From Veleropilina oligotropha (Eukaryota), in assembly GCA_048128005.1 (NCBI GenBank), contig JBEUKZ010000102.1, forward strand, positions 62,001-126,000: 64,000 nt of DNA, read 5' to 3'. This document shows positions 28,055 through 42,277 of this stretch, piece after piece. Position 1 is the first letter of the stretch; each line of letters begins with the position of its first letter. Position numbers and translations under genes: made by a program. A model generated the notes under the pieces. That model was not told the origin of the DNA, did not search any database, and saw only the letters and a list, made by a program, of their open reading frames with translations.

Positions 28055-28929
28055 TATGTAAGAAAAATGAGAACCAATATTTTGTTTATTTATCTATCGC
28101 AAAATATGAAAGAAATTACCCCAGACCTAATACTCCTGCTTAGCAGAAGAAACATCATTGCATCATGACGCATCTAGATACTAAATGTAGAGAATATCTA
28201 TGATTTGAAATAAAGAATACATTTGCATTGATTGGTTGAGAAAACCCTTCAAAGTTAACACAATTTTCATATATCTACGCTGGCTGCGCTGGTGAAATAC
28301 CGTCGATGATCTGACCTTATGAATGATTAGCCAGCTGATCGAGTCTATCTACTGATTCCTTCATAATCTTTGTTTTTTTTGTGCCGTTTGGAAGGCCAAA
28401 ATTCGTGTTCACCTCTGGTGCCATGCTATGGCGTCACCTATTAGCGCACTGTATTACTCATCTGTTTTGCGTTGATTCAGTGCTCGCAAATACTTTCTCG
28501 TATACTGTTTCCGTAACATTTGTAGAATCTATTTATATTACTTGGCATGGAACATGACATTGATTGTTTAACGTAAGAAATTACCCCTGACCCAATACTC
28601 CTGCTTAGCAGAAGAAACACTTGTATTTCTTTTGTAATAACATTGTCGATTTGATATTACTAATGTAGTAATTATCGTACAGAGTAAAGTTCACCTATCT
28701 TATAGCCTATGGAAGTACCTATTATTGTGGAAGTATTATATTTAAGGTATATGTGACCAACATATAAGCAAGTTCCCATGAGATGGCTGGGATCGTATGT
28801 AACATAGTGCTTTTCCACAGGTATGGCAAAAGTAAATAATTCCTTACAAACCCCGATGATTTGTGGAGTTTATTACATATTTTGCGATAGATAAATAAAC
28901 AAATTGTTGGTTCTCATTTTTCTTACATA
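28055..28929. mobile_element. MITE with ~55-bp TIRs
   Basis: tatgtaagaaaaatgagaacc..tttatctatcgcaaaatatg mirrored at 28877-28929; internal direct repeat aatactcctgcttagcagaagaaaca at ~28130 and ~28594. Confidence 0.65.
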
Positions 28930-29726
28930 AGCTATACATGCTGAGAATGTCCAAAACAGGTAGGTATCACACGTCCGGTTATGGTAAAATAGCACCAGCG
29001 AAAGATGAATACACCTGTTCTTGTAATCATAATCTGAATTCTAGTTATCATTTAATGCTTTGATGGCAAGATAACACATTGAAGCTGTCCGGTGGAAGCT
29101 TCGGCTAATATTGATTCTTCGTTTTCTTGCTCAAGTGTGTCGGAAGTATTTGCAGAGGGCAAATACAGTTGTGGCAAAAAATCATTGTAAAAGAATCCAA
29201 ATATTAGTATACAGAAAATCAGGAAGAACTATGTAGTATCACATCGCTGTCTTCAACAAACATCGCAACGTCTGTGCAATTATTAGTGATGGAATAATGT
29301 ATCTTTCTGTGTCTATTGATAACACGCCAAATTTATTTTGATAACCTTTTACGCACCTTTGCCGAGAGTAAATGACAAGGCATGCTTTCATCAATGAACT
29401 TTATTCATGCACGATAATATTTGTCCACATAACCCAAGTGTATGGTAACATGGTAACAGTGGTTATTCAAGCATATTTTCTAAAACAAGGTCATGCCCTT
29501 AAAGATGTAATGAAATTATTGTCATCGTGAAAACATTTCCAAAATATTTATACAGATAAAGATTCAAGATTTAAATCGATAACTGCATGCGATGTTGAAG
29601 AAATCTACCGCATTCGCTTTGCGAAATCCGTGATTAGAACCCCGCTCTGTTTACGAAGCGTGTGCTTTATATATAAAATATTATTTTTCAGTTACGTATG
29701 TTTTAAAACACCGCGAATATAAAATA

Positions 29727-30204
29727 AAACAAGAACGACGCGTTCGAAATATGTCTGGACCTTTCTTTATTTCCCTCAAATTTTCATAACAGTTAATACA
29801 ATGGCTAAGTGCAAGTACTTCATGGCTTAAACTACTACCCCGTCGATTGTGACGTCACCAAATGACGATTAATCTAAAGCGACGTCGTAATGACATCATT
29901 GATATTTGCTTGCAATATTAGACATCCGCTATATACAAATATGGATAAAAGTGCTCAGTAAATGCATATTTTTGCAAAATTGTGTCGCGAAAGTTATATA
30001 CACGACCTACAAATACTCTTGGGAATGTGTGTACCAATTTTGGTGAAAATTGAGCGGGTAGTTTTCAAATAAATCGACGGATATATATATATATATATAT
30101 AAGTATATATAAGTATATAAGTATATATTATGTATATATGTATATACACACGGACCATTTGATAATGTCTTGTCCTTTTTTACAAAAAGGTCAAGACATA
30201 AAAA
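29727..30204 (-). mobile_element. HINE-like element with AT/AC microsatellite
   Basis: Minus strand begins ttttatgtcttgacc..ggacaagacatt inverted pair, then microsatellite and core, and ends in cttgtt. Confidence 0.55.
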
Positions 30205-30568
30205 TGTGATTGTAAAGTCTTTTTCCGCTTGTTAAATAAATGTTTTCTTGGAACTAGTGTTGCTGTACCGATTTATCATATGGCAGTGTTGTTGAACACT
30301 GAAGATGTAGCCATCGTTGCATTGCACACCGACTCCACCAAGTGAACTGCGAGGCATGATTGGCAGACGGTCTAAAATAAGACGCATCACTGATGTGTAA
30401 TTGACAATGCCAGATGCACCAACAGTTTCGGGAATATCAACACGCGACAACAAACTGCAGCAGACATATATCAAAGAATGCAAGAACGCTGAACTCCATG
30501 AGACAAAGTGTACGATGACAACTAATCGTTTGATGTTATGTTTCGACTGCTATCGACGTTTATTTTAA

Positions 30569-30791
30569 CCCTTTAGCATTTAAACAGGCCAAAACAGGCA
30601 GCAAAAAGGAGAGGCTCTACTCTTCAAACTGTCCGCATCCGGTCAACATTTCCGATGCTATTATCATCATACATATAGCTGTAATATCAAGTTAATTGCA
30701 AGAGTTTGTACAGAACCAATCTGTTGCCATTAATACATAGATACATAAGACATAATGATATAAGCCAATTGGTAATATAAATGCTAACGGG
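30569..30791 (+). mobile_element. piggyBac-like MITE copy 1
   Basis: TTAA|ccctttagcattta ... taaatgctaacggg|TTAA. Confidence 0.8.
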
Positions 30792-30795
30792 TTAA

Positions 30796-31678
30796 AGTGG
30801 TATCTGGTAGGTCTATGACCCAGTACGGGTATTAGACGGGTTGGCGTGGGTTTCGCACGTATTCGTGCTTGTTTAGGCCATACTTGCTAGAGAAAGGTTC
30901 CGTCATTTGTAAAATTCTTTTATTTTGAGATGAAGGTTTCATTAATAAACAAGCGCATCCGAGAGGAAGCATAGTTGAGCCATGTAAAGTCATCGTGGAC
31001 ATACACCACCACACAGACAGACACACAGACAGCCTCAATACAATAGTTTCTCCGTAAACGGCTCAACTATAATTAAAAGCACACGCATTCTATAGTGTAT
31101 AACACTCTATATCATCAAGGTGTTACGAGGAAACAGCTTTAAATAAGTTACCCTTCTTGTTGCTGGATCCTCTCATGCAATTATGTGCATATTATATTTA
31201 CTCTATACTTATGCCAATAAATATTGTTTGAACTAAGGTGTTAACATGGCATGAAACTGTCATTGTGGTACAAATCATTTGTTTCCATTTTAAAGAAGAC
31301 AAATGATTCATTTGGCATGCTCATACACTACAGTAAAATTTCCATATTATTATCTTAATATGTATGACTTATAACATTAATGCCATTGCTGATGCGCTTT
31401 TGTTAAGTATATACTAAGTAGTAAAACAGAGCGACTGCCTCCGTTGTGCAGTGGGTTAGTAAGTTGCTCCAGATCCACTTGCACTGACTGCGCTTATTCG
31501 AGCTTGTAGGTTCGAGATTGCCATAATTTATTAAAAACGTTCATCTCAAAATAAAAGAGTTTTACAAACGACGTAGCCTTTCTCTAGCAAATATGGCCTA
31601 AACAAGCACGAATACTTGCGAAACCCATGCCAACCCGTCTAATACCCGTACTGGGCCATAGACCTACCATATACCACT
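30796..31678. mobile_element. Kolobok-like MITE with ~155-bp TIRs
   Basis: TTAA|agtggtatctggtaggtctatg ... catagacctaccatataccact|TTAA. Contains a short HINE-like insert (~30947-31075) and a SINE head (~31435-31522). Confidence 0.7.
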
Positions 31679-31682
31679 TTAA

Positions 31683-31905
31683 CCCTTTAGCATTTATATT
31701 ACCAATTGGCTTATATCATTATGTCTTATGTATCTATGTATTAATGGCAACAGATTGGTTCTGTACAAACCCTTGCAATTAACTTGATATTACAGCTATA
31801 TGTATGATGATAATAGCATCGGAAATGTTGCCCGGATGCGGACAGTTTGAAGAGTAGAGCCTCTGTTTTTTGCTGCCTGTTTTGGCCTGTTTAAATGCTA
31901 AAGAG
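31683..31905 (-). mobile_element. piggyBac-like MITE copy 2 (inverted); a partial third copy lies at ~31937-32024
   Basis: Near-identical reverse complement of 30569-30791, flanked by TTAA. Confidence 0.8.
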
Positions 31906-32268
31906 TTAAAGTAAGAAATTTCGACTTTTACTTTAACCCTTTAGCATTTAAACAGGCCAAAACAGGCAGCAAAAAACAGAGGCTCTACTCTTCAAACTGT
32001 CCGCATTCGGCCAACATTTCCGGGCAAAGATATAAAATAAAAAGTCGAAATTTCGACTTTTTATATTTCTTTGTGGCCCTAATACGCTTCCGTAGATACG
32101 GATCTTTGAAGAAGCAATTTATTATCTTCGCTCTGCATGAAGATTTCTGGATTTCACCATCGTGTTCTTTTGCGACTTACGGACTGCTATGTAAACGTCG
32201 TATACTTCTTATCGATTATGAAGGCTATCTACTGTTACTGACAATAATATAAAGTAGCATTTGGTGAG

Positions 32269-32515
32269 GCCGCTTCGGTAGCGCAGTGGGTAGAGTGTCC
32301 ACTCTAACTTCACTGGCTTGTTTCCGCTGACGCGAACATTAGTGGGATCGACCCCCGGCTGAGGCACCACACATTTGTTCAAGTTATGAAGCACAGTTGT
32401 CCGTGACTGGCCGAAGAGGGCGGGTTTACCCGGCGACCGCGGTTTCCTCCCGCGATAACACGGATATGTCCTGCCTTGAACCTCGATGTTATAAATATAC
32501 AGGACATTAAGCATA
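32269..32515 (+). mobile_element. Full-length tRNA-derived SINE family A (V-domain-like core)
   Basis: A-box TAGCGCAGTGG, B-box GGATCGACCC, core gcgggtttacccggcgaccgcggtttcctccc. Other copies at 1-170, ~2320, ~8190, 13715 and 43680. Confidence 0.8.
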
Positions 32516-32551
32516 ATTCCCCCCCAGCATTTGCAATCTCGGATTGGTTAC

Positions 32552-33195
32552 GGGTCCGTGTGACACTTGACAATTCAGCTTTCCATCTTCATTATTCACT
32601 GATGGAAAGCTCGAAAGCACAACAATACTTTTAACTTTTTGCTTCCATGTACAGTTTTAAAGATGGAAAGTTAACAAAACTCGTCATCGTTTCTATCTTA
32701 TAACTTTCCAACCATGTTTTACAACACGGAATAATGGTAACGAAGCCTGTTGACTAACACTGCCCATGGAATATAGCCTATGCCTAATAGCACTAATCTG
32801 CGTATACATTACATGGGCATTATAAGGTCAGTGTTAGTAACACTAAACTGCGTATATTCCAAGGGCATTAGGGTCAGTGTTAGTAAGCAAGGTTCGTTAT
32901 AATATTTTTCACGTGAGTCTTATGCATAAAGTACTTGCCCGGAAAATGGAAAATTGCGCCTGTGGTTAAAACATTTGAAATTAAAAATATCATAATAGAA
33001 TGTTGGAAGCAGTTTCCATCTTTTTACCTTTTTTATGTTTCAAGCCAAAGTTGAAAAGATAGAAGATGGAAACGATGTCGAGCTTTTGAGCTTTCTATCT
33101 TTAAAACTGTACATGAAAATAAGAATTTAGAAGTATTGTTGTGCTTTCGAACTTTCCATCAGTGAATAATGAAGATAGAAAGCTGTCACGGACCG
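32552..33195. mobile_element. MITE with ~150-bp TIRs
   Basis: cagctttccatcttcattattcactgatggaaagctcgaaagcacaacaatact is mirrored at 33132-33185. The internal repeat is also seen at ~7110-7250. Confidence 0.75.
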
Positions 33196-33779
33196 TTTTG
33201 TCTTAGTATATATTATAGCCTGTTAATATGTAATATTGAGTGGCTTGGATGTTTTAGAATTGTTTGCGCGTCCTGTGGTCTATTATAATGTTTTGGACAG
33301 ATTCTTTACGAAGTGCTGTCTTATAATGTATACAGAGCAACACAAAAGCACTACTTATATAGGCACTATCAATAAGTTCCAAATTAAAAAAATGTACCCT
33401 AAATTTGCGATATATTTAGACAGAAAAAATGTCACTGTTCCAATCGTAAGAGATTCCTTCGTATAAGTCTGGGAGTAAATCAGCGGCCATTCATTACGGA
33501 TAAAGGCCTCTTCCAACTCGGTTATTCGCTTCCTATAGAGTTTAAAAACGCTAATTTGTCGAGTTAACAGAAAGCACATCTCATTAGAATGTCTTTTATA
33601 CACTGGTGGGATTATATTATACAAACGAACTGCATACTAAATTACTAAACAGACGCATTATCACGTAATTTGGAATTGTCTGCTCATATTTATTGTGTTA
33701 ATGTGGCACAATGTTGAGACACCTTACACATAGCATATGTACTTGGAATAAGGCGTAACATCATTGGTGCCAGGTCTTC

Positions 33780-34290
33780 TGGTTGATCATGTAGCGAGAA
33801 ATTCTGGTAAGTGTAGAGGGAGATGTGCCTGATTTGACGATATGGCTAAAAATCCACGATGAGACATGCATGGTCCATCACTTCAGAGAACGACCAAACC
33901 TAACAGAAAGCCATTGCAGGCGAAGCATAAGACCCCCCCCCCCCCACTCCTTTCGATGAGGACAAGGTGCGCAGTCGCCGACAAGGTGGTGTTTTCCATT
34001 GAATTTGATGATATGTGTGTGCTTTACTGTATTATTTCCTTGCAAATATCCAGAAAATGACCACAAGAACACCCACCACACAGGCTTTAATGTCAGCCAC
34101 CTGCATGGAGATATAGTGCGTGATTGAAGCCTGAAACTCATTGAACATCGCCATACTGTCATGATTCGGTACCATGCGACTTCCATGTAAAGGCCTATAC
34201 CAAATTATGAAAGTGGGAAGGCATTTTATGGACGACAATGACGTCAATTCCGCCGTTGAAGACTTATTTGACCATAGGATGAAATGTTTA
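33780..34290 (+). pseudogene. Highly decayed mariner (Tc1/mariner) transposase relic
   Basis: Colinear motif remnants in shifting frames: HDETCMVHHF (cf. DETWVHH), LQAKHKTPPPP..ADKVVFS, SPYCHDSVPCDFH (cf. PPYSPDLAPCDF) and GRHFMDDNDVNSAVEDLF. Confidence 0.7.
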
Positions 34291-34904
34291 GGCTACAACA
34301 GTAATCCCGTCGCTGCCTTGACTGGATTTGTCCATCATATACTTGTCGTCAATCATCTGTTCGTAAATATATAAAATATCATTGAATCTATGTATACTTT
34401 ATATGCAAGGATCAATTACATGTCTATCTATCTGATAAAACAAAATACGGAACAAAACTATTTCCTATGAGTACTTATAGTACGTTATCGCTATCGGTTG
34501 CAGTGAGCAATTAACCTGTCCATATTTACTAGAACTTCCCTGATTTTCCATACGATTTGCTTTCCCCTAACCCAAATAATGACCCGCTGATTATGTATAC
34601 ACTCATTGAAGACGACGGATAGATCCCCGCCTGTTAACATGCTCTGCTTTTCTCCAAGTGGATCTTTGACAGATTTGTTATCTCGAGTCGGGTCTCTGGG
34701 GAGAAATCCCATTTGGTGAAAGTGATCTACGCTATTTGATTATCGCTGATCTGTCTTCGCCAAGAAAATGGCGATTGCATCAGTAATTGAAACAAAATAC
34801 ATATACGTGTTTGGGTTTATATGTGTGCGGCCAATGTACACATACCACGAACACACGCACGTTAGTCTAACATTTGCAAACAATGTATGCATTACTATGC
34901 TCTC

Positions 34905-37514
34905 TGTATCTATTGATGAAGAACTTGATAAAACAATGGATAAATTTATTCTTAATAACAAGGATAAAATTTTCAATGAACTTAACTTCACAATTGAGTG
35001 TAAAGAAGTGTCTATTGCCATTGCACAACTGAAAAATGGCAAAGCTGCCGGAATTGATCAAACTTTAAACGAAATGATAGAAGCGGGACACTGTCAACTT
35101 CTTCGACCGCTACAGAAGCTTTTTAATAATTTATTAACTTACGGATTTTTTCCGAACTCTTGGCGTTGTAATATGTTAACTCCAATACACAAGAAGGGGG
35201 ATCTCTCCAACCCAGTAAACTATAGGGGAATTTCTGTTGGAAGCCACCTATGCAAGTTATTCTGTAAGGTTTTACATAATAGACTTTATAAATTTACTGA
35301 CAAAATGCATGTAATCCCAAAGTGCCAAATTGGATTTCGTAAAAACTCGCGTACCTCTGACCATATACTTTCACTAAAATGTATCATTGACAAGTATATG
35401 TAAACAGTATCTCAAAGAAAAGGGTCTTCTGCTGTTTTGTTGATTTTAAATGTGCTTTCGATACTGTTTCACGCAGAAAATTAATTTATAAAACTGTTAA
35501 ATGCTGGTATTGGTGGCAGTTTCCTTATTATAATACATAGCATGTATGCTAATGTAAACTATACTGTTAAAGTTGAAGATGGACTCGGTAATGAATTCCT
35601 CTCAACAGTAGGTGTTAAGCAAGGCTGTGTACTTATCCCCCTTTTATTTAACATCTTTCTAAGAGACCTTCCTGACATATTTGGAGACTCGTGTCACCCA
35701 GTTCAACTGCATGACACTTCATTAAATTGTCTAATGTTTGCTGATGATTTGGTGATTGTTTCTGAAACATCCTTTGGTCTACAAGATGCATTGAATAGAT
35801 TAAGTGAATATTGTAAAACATGGGACTACATTCAACTTAAATAAAACTAAAATTATTATATTTAACAAAGCGGGACAACTACTGAATAAGACGCTACAAT
35901 TTACTTATTCAGGTTCGCTGATAGAGATAGTTAAATCTTACTGTTATTTGGGAATTGTATTTATCCCATCTGGCAAATTTAATGGTGCATGTGAGCGACT
36001 TACGGAACAAGCCCGTAAAGCTCTTTTCAACTTAAAGTGATAAATGTTAGAAACAATGTCCTAACAGCCTTTAAATTATTCAAATCATTAATATTACCCA
36101 TCCTGTCATACTCTTGTGAAATCTGGGGTCCCTTCTATCTAAAAGGGGATATTAGCAACAACTTGATGCAATTAGGTGAACGAGTCCCTGGAGAAAGCGT
36201 ATTATTATGTTTCTGTAAATATATTCTTGGAGTGAGCCGAAAAACAACTCATGCCGCTGTAAGAGGTGAACTCGGACAACATGCTTTGATTATTACCTTT
36301 TTATCACATGCAGCGAAATACTGGCTCAGAATTTGTAGCCTTGATCAAGATCAATTAGTGTATAAAGCATACTTGCAGTCATATGCCCTAATTAACGTAA
36401 ATTCTTGGGCAAGTTACATTAAAAAGATCTGGAAAGATTTCAACCTTGAAACTGTTTGACTCAATCAAGGAGCTAAAAATAAAACCAGAACAGTTACTTT
36501 ATTACAGCACGCTATGGAAGCAAGCTAGGTTAAATTGGTCTAACTACATCAATAGGGATTCTGATGTTGTTAATCCATCAGCAGTTCATTCTAAACTACG
36601 CACATACCGGCTCTTCAAGAATTTTTTTGCATTGAAAATTATATTTTAAACGATAAAAATTATGTAAAAATGGCACAATTCACCAAATTGCGTATCAGTG
36701 CACATACCCTCCAAATAGAAGTTGGTCGTTATACCATACCACAAACTCCCCCTGAAAACCGTATTTGCTCCTTATGTAAAACATAATCTGTGGAAGATGA
36801 GAGACATTTTATTATTCACTGCTCCCTTTATGACAAAGAAAGGACTACTCTAATCCAATCTTTAGACACTTTTACTACATTTTCCTCTTTGACCGAAGAC
36901 CAACAATTTATATTTATTATGTCATGTAATAATGGTGACTCTGAAGTCGGTGCTCTTGTGTTAAACTTTGTGACGGAGTGTATGCTCAAAATACATCAAT
37001 TTATGATGATAACCACATGAATTTAACCCTCACTAATTAAGTACCGGTCAAGGAAGATTTTGTTTTATTATTTTTCAGGTGAATCTCAGTACATGTATTT
37101 GTTTCATTCTAATAGGATAATGCTTTTCAATAAATTGAGTTTGTCCTTTCACGGTGGCAAGTATCTTCCCAGTGAGAACTTCATCCGCTTTGGTCGTTGG
37201 GCTCCTTGAGGCTGGTAGGTTGCGACATGACCGCTAGGTGGTGTTCCGCAACACCACATGGTGGTCATGGCGTGACTTGACGACCTGGGGAGGTCTGCAG
37301 GCTGGAGTCTCGCTGGGAAAATTGTTACGTGATAGGGTAAACTTAATTTATTTACCTAATCAAACTTCAATGAACGTTTTGCTATGTTATATTTTCTATT
37401 AATATTTTTCTGTTTGTATAACTATTCTCTGATGATGTTATGTTTTATTGTCTTTGTCCTTAGCTATATCTACCTGTATGTGGATTTTGTGCTAAAATAA
37501 AATTGAATTGAATT
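34905..37514 (+). mobile_element. 5'-truncated RTEX-clade LINE, RT pseudogene with 3' tail
   Basis: Motifs KNGKAAGID, NYRGIS, GFRKNSRTSDHI, GVKQGC, CLMFADD, YCYLGIVF, YSCEIWG, AVRGELG and CCHC-type RICSLC..EDERHFIIHC, with stops and frameshifts. Probable tail aataaa(attga)n at 37496-37514. Confidence 0.88.
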
Positions 37515-40500
37515 GTTAATTTATACGTATAACAAAGGTACGATTGGTACTGCCACACATGCATAATTGAGGTTAGGCATTGTTATGTACTGGCTCTATC
37601 CTTATGGGTATACAATAAAACAATTTGCTTCCTTTGAACAACATTTGAATTAATTATCATTTGAAAGGCAGCATTTGACATTCAATTATTTTCCAATTAG
37701 TAACAGATGAGTCATTATTGCTGTTCGACGTCGCGACAATTAAGTGAAATGTAACGAGATTATTATACTGTGTCATTTTGTAAGTATTCATTTGTGAATT
37801 AATATAAGCTAATATTATGTATTATGGTAAGTAATGTATATTCGAATGGCGGGCAATTTGTACATAATCTGTATTGAAATCATGGTTATTGGTCGCTCTA
37901 TCTGGTTACTATTAAAACTAATTTATTGCATAATTGGTTAATTAATTATAATCTCTTTTGACAGCCATCATTATATATAATTCAAGAACATTAATTTTAT
38001 CTAATCAACGAAGGCCGCCTTCTTGGTGTAGACGTGTGGTTCTTGTTGATTGCGTTGCTTGTATAGTTCAATCCCGGTGGAATGTACCTTGGATGTCTCC
38101 AGCACAGGATCTCATAATAGGCGAAAGTGAATGGGTTTTACGCTATTTTAGCCTTTCCTCGCAAGCAAATGTGGAGAAATCCCAACATGACTGTGTATAT
38201 GACCAGTGGAGACAGTGTATTTCGTTGGGTGTCCAGTTAAGTGATCCAGGCCTTTCATTCACATGAATGGGGCATGTTCATACATTTTCCTTGCCGCTTA
38301 CCTCAAGCCAAGTCAATTGAAATTTAATAAATTCAAACAATTTTAGTGTCCCCAATGGTGTTGGTCAAGTTGTCGTCTCAGTATAAACCACTAATCCATG
38401 TTACTATTTGATTTGTTCGTTCATCCTATCCATTTCATTTAAAGTATCTTTAATCCGTGTGTCTGGTTAGTATTGGGTTGCTAAATTTTGGCCATCGTTT
38501 CCGTGTTATTTCTTTCTAATCCGTGTTGCTGTTTAGGATAGAGTTGCGAGTAGCTCTGATAATATCCTCCCGCTTAACTCTGGCGACGTTGTGTTTGTTT
38601 AGAATCCGACATGTGTGTTACCACGCTATCGCCATACAGACGGACAGAGATGATCACTTTAATCTTGACCGTCGGATGAAAGTTCACCTCTCACCACGGG
38701 GTGAGGATGGTATCGACATAATCTGCTGAATATCGTAATGGTATCAAGCTTATCTTCTTGAAGACATGATTGGTAGTTGAGTTGCCATCCTCCAAATGTT
38801 GATAAAAATTACCTTACCTAAACGATTACCGGTATTTCTATTACTTATATATACGCTTTACTATATAGATACGAAGGTTTATTTCCTCAACGACTTGAGA
38901 GAGTGGATTTTAGTTATACTATTTTGTTCTTTCTGCTTAGCAGTGCGTCTCTGATAACAAATTATTGTAATAACCTCAACGAAAGTCAATAATGAACTTT
39001 ATATATATGATATGTGTTGATCATGATATCAAGTAAAGGTCATATAACAAATTAACCCAAATAGCAAAGATTTTTGTTTTAATTGCGCAAAAATGTACAG
39101 AATAATAGCGATGATATGCAAATTGAAATACTTCCAAAATTTAGTCTCGACTTGACCCCAAGTTTTCCCCAGTGTATAAAACAAGAGTATGTGTCGTGTG
39201 ACGCCGTAAACGATCTGATAGTTTGCTTTCGGCTTGCCTTGGTATTAATTTCAATGACTTTGCTTCGGTCTATGTGATCTTTGTTGATTGACACATGCAT
39301 GAAAATAACTTTTTGCAGACTGAGGCAATTTAACAACATTTTATCAGATACGTGACTAAAGAAACACGTATTTAACAGTGTTGGTATTGCATTTAACATA
39401 CATCAGGAACGTACAATGATTTTCCTGTTGGCAATAACAAAATTGTATCGTGCGGTTTTACATTCCGCCCATGTACGTTTGTTTTCGTTACTTGGCCGTA
39501 ATGCACCGTATTACAAAATTAAGTGACGATTTGTTGAAATTCCCGTAGTGCTAATTAGATGTCAATTAAATAAATATTTAATTTACGTTTACATCTTTGT
39601 TAGAGTTCATTTAACGGTCCATGTTGTTGTAACACTTGACTACAGGGTAGTACGAATTTCGGTATGTATTATTACATTTTATCAATATTACTGAGGAACT
39701 TTGGTTAAAAGCGCATGTCCTGTTTTTTCTCAAAGTGGCCGTAACTGTTAACGTTGGCAATAAATTCTATTCAAATTACTTTTAACCGTAGCAATTGTTC
39801 AAAACATCTTATCTTTGCCTACCATTATTGATACCATTTTACGTAGACGCAGTGTGGTATTTCATAAGCACTGTGCAAGAAATGCAATTGGTGAACTAAG
39901 CTTCGACAAAGGCTTCTTATTTTAAAATAATTTTAATGTACAGTCGATTATAGGCATATGTTTGGCAATGACATAATATATCGCGCTTAACTGCTTGCCA
40001 TGCAAAAGAGATGCATTTAAGGTACTTACAACCGGTTGCAAGTTACAATTGCTTCACAGTATTGAGCCAATGCCGCCATGATGAACGATTCGCATGCAAT
40101 ATTCAATTCCATGATACATATCTGGTCTTTCATAAAGTGTGATGCTCTTTCTGATTGTTGTTGTACCAAATTAAGCAATAAACTTCATCCCTAGCACTGT
40201 GTACAAGAGCATAAAGTGCTACATTATACTCTATATCCACCAATCCTTTAGATTCCAAGACTTTCAGTCGACTTATTGGGTTAAATACCAATTTTCGAAA
40301 TATAACGTTTCCGTACAGTGAAGCGAGGGAGGCTTTAATTGCCTTCCTGTTATTATCTCAGACACATGTTTGGCGACCATTGACCCGAGGTCAATGGATT
40401 AGATATGTGATTTACCATTACGCATGACCGATTATCCATTTCCGTTCCTAATCCCACACTCTTCAGCTGACAACTGTTGTAATTTGATAAAACCATTAGA

Positions 40501-40966
40501 CTCACATCATATGTCTCCACGTATTTGTAGCATTGATTCGATAAATCATTTAATATTTCAAAAAATCAATACCATTCAACTCAAAGGACGATTCCCATTT
40601 ACGCAAATTCTGAATTCTCCTTTGCTTTTATGTATAATGAATGGCGAATTGACAAAAACCAAGGGTTATTACAGTATTCTCAACATAACTGATAAAGCCT
40701 TTCCCAAACTGATGAAAGTAATGTCATGTTTCGAAACGTAAGGACTCTCTATAGTAATTGCATGTCTTTCACTTTGGGAAATGGGAACTGAACGATTATT
40801 ATTATATGATAGTAAACATTTATTCTCATCTGGTTTAACAGTGAAGAATATACGACCTTCATTTCATAGAATGGGGAGGTAATAATAATGGCGACTATAT
40901 ACATCGGGATATGAAATAATTCTAGACGAGACACCGTCAAAACAGGCCCTGCCATCAAAATACTTA

Positions 40967-42076
40967 TGCTACGTTTACACTATGTTCCCGGCGGCCACGG
41001 TAGCCCCGTTTGCCCGAAACGTAGTACGCCGTGGGATTTTGGCCATTTTTTCTCTGTATTCAAGTCTTGGCAAGTTTTCTCACGGTCTGTCACGATATTC
41101 GTGACGGGCCGTGGGGGGGGGGGGGGGGGCTGCCGAGTCCCGGAGGCTCCAATGCGCACTACGGTTCGGCCCGCGGTCTACCACGGATGCCAGTACGTTC
41201 CCTCCAGGCCCGTCACGTTCCGATGGGGCCCCTCACGTTTCTCACGTTCTGATGAAGGTATGACACGTTTTTCACGTTCTGTCAAGGCTTTCTACGGATG
41301 AAACGTGGATGCCGGGCGGCTTTGGAGCACGTTTGTGCCCAAGAAGGCCTCCCAAGCAAAAGCAATCATTGTTTCCTGAGACTTCGACGAGATAATAACA
41401 TCATGAATGCCCAAGATGAAGAAGATTTTGTGTTTGCATGTTTGCTGGGTGTATACATCCAGTCTTTGCATCAGCAGCTTGCAGTCGGGCATTGAAGCTC
41501 ACCACGGTCCTTCTGGGCATCTGAGTGATGTGCTCCAACAGGAACTGGAAGCGCTGCCAAATCCACCTGTTGACATAGAAATTGAAATTTATAAGCGTGC
41601 ATGCAAATATATGTTCAGTACATTACACACACACATATATACTATAAAAATTAAGTTTAGCAACTTTTTTTGTGTCGTGATAAACTATTGTGTGTACATG
41701 TAAATTTAATATAGTATGAGCCCAACGATTGGAATTTCGTGCAGGTGTTAAATTTAGCATGCCCATACGTTTCGGATAAACGCACACTTTTAAGCTCCAC
41801 ATGCTTCCCGTCCCACTACGGACCGCCTCCAAGTTTTGTTAAGGCCTATTACGTACTGTCGCGTTTTGTTGCGTTCATCCCGTTTTACTACGGCCTACTA
41901 CGTTTCTCATCCGCACCGTGACTGCCGTGGCAATTTTTTTGACAGTTAAAAAATCTGGCACGGCAATCACGGCCTGTCACGTTTGCCCCCGCGTTGTCTC
42001 ACGTCCTTCCCGTTTTGTCCACGGTGGCCTGAAACGGGGCTGCCGTGGCCGCCGGGAACATAGTGTAAACGTAGCA
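40967..42076. mobile_element. PIF/Harbinger-like MITE (1110 bp)
   Basis: ~45-bp TIR tgctacgtttacactatgttcccggcggccacgg / ccgtggccgccgggaacatagtgtaaacgtagca; 3-bp TSD TTA (40964-66, 42077-79). Confidence 0.88.
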
Positions 42077-42277
42077 TTACACATATACAGGAAAAACACA
42101 TATCTTTCATGTCAAATGATTTTTTGGCGTTGGTTAAATCGAATTATTATACTCGATCTGAATGTATCTGGTTTAAGATTGGTATGATATTTGACTTTGT
42201 TTCCGATTGTTAGTATAACGGAATGTCCAGATTCAGTATAATTTTCTTCAATGCATTGTGCCCATCTTCTATTTCAG

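Noticed and set aside
34768..34905. N-terminus of the 211-aa ORF
   Set aside because: Flanking sequence fortuitously in frame with the 5'-truncated LINE.
40966..42187. Cluster of GC-rich ORFs
   Set aside because: They lie within a Harbinger-like MITE and show no transposase motifs.
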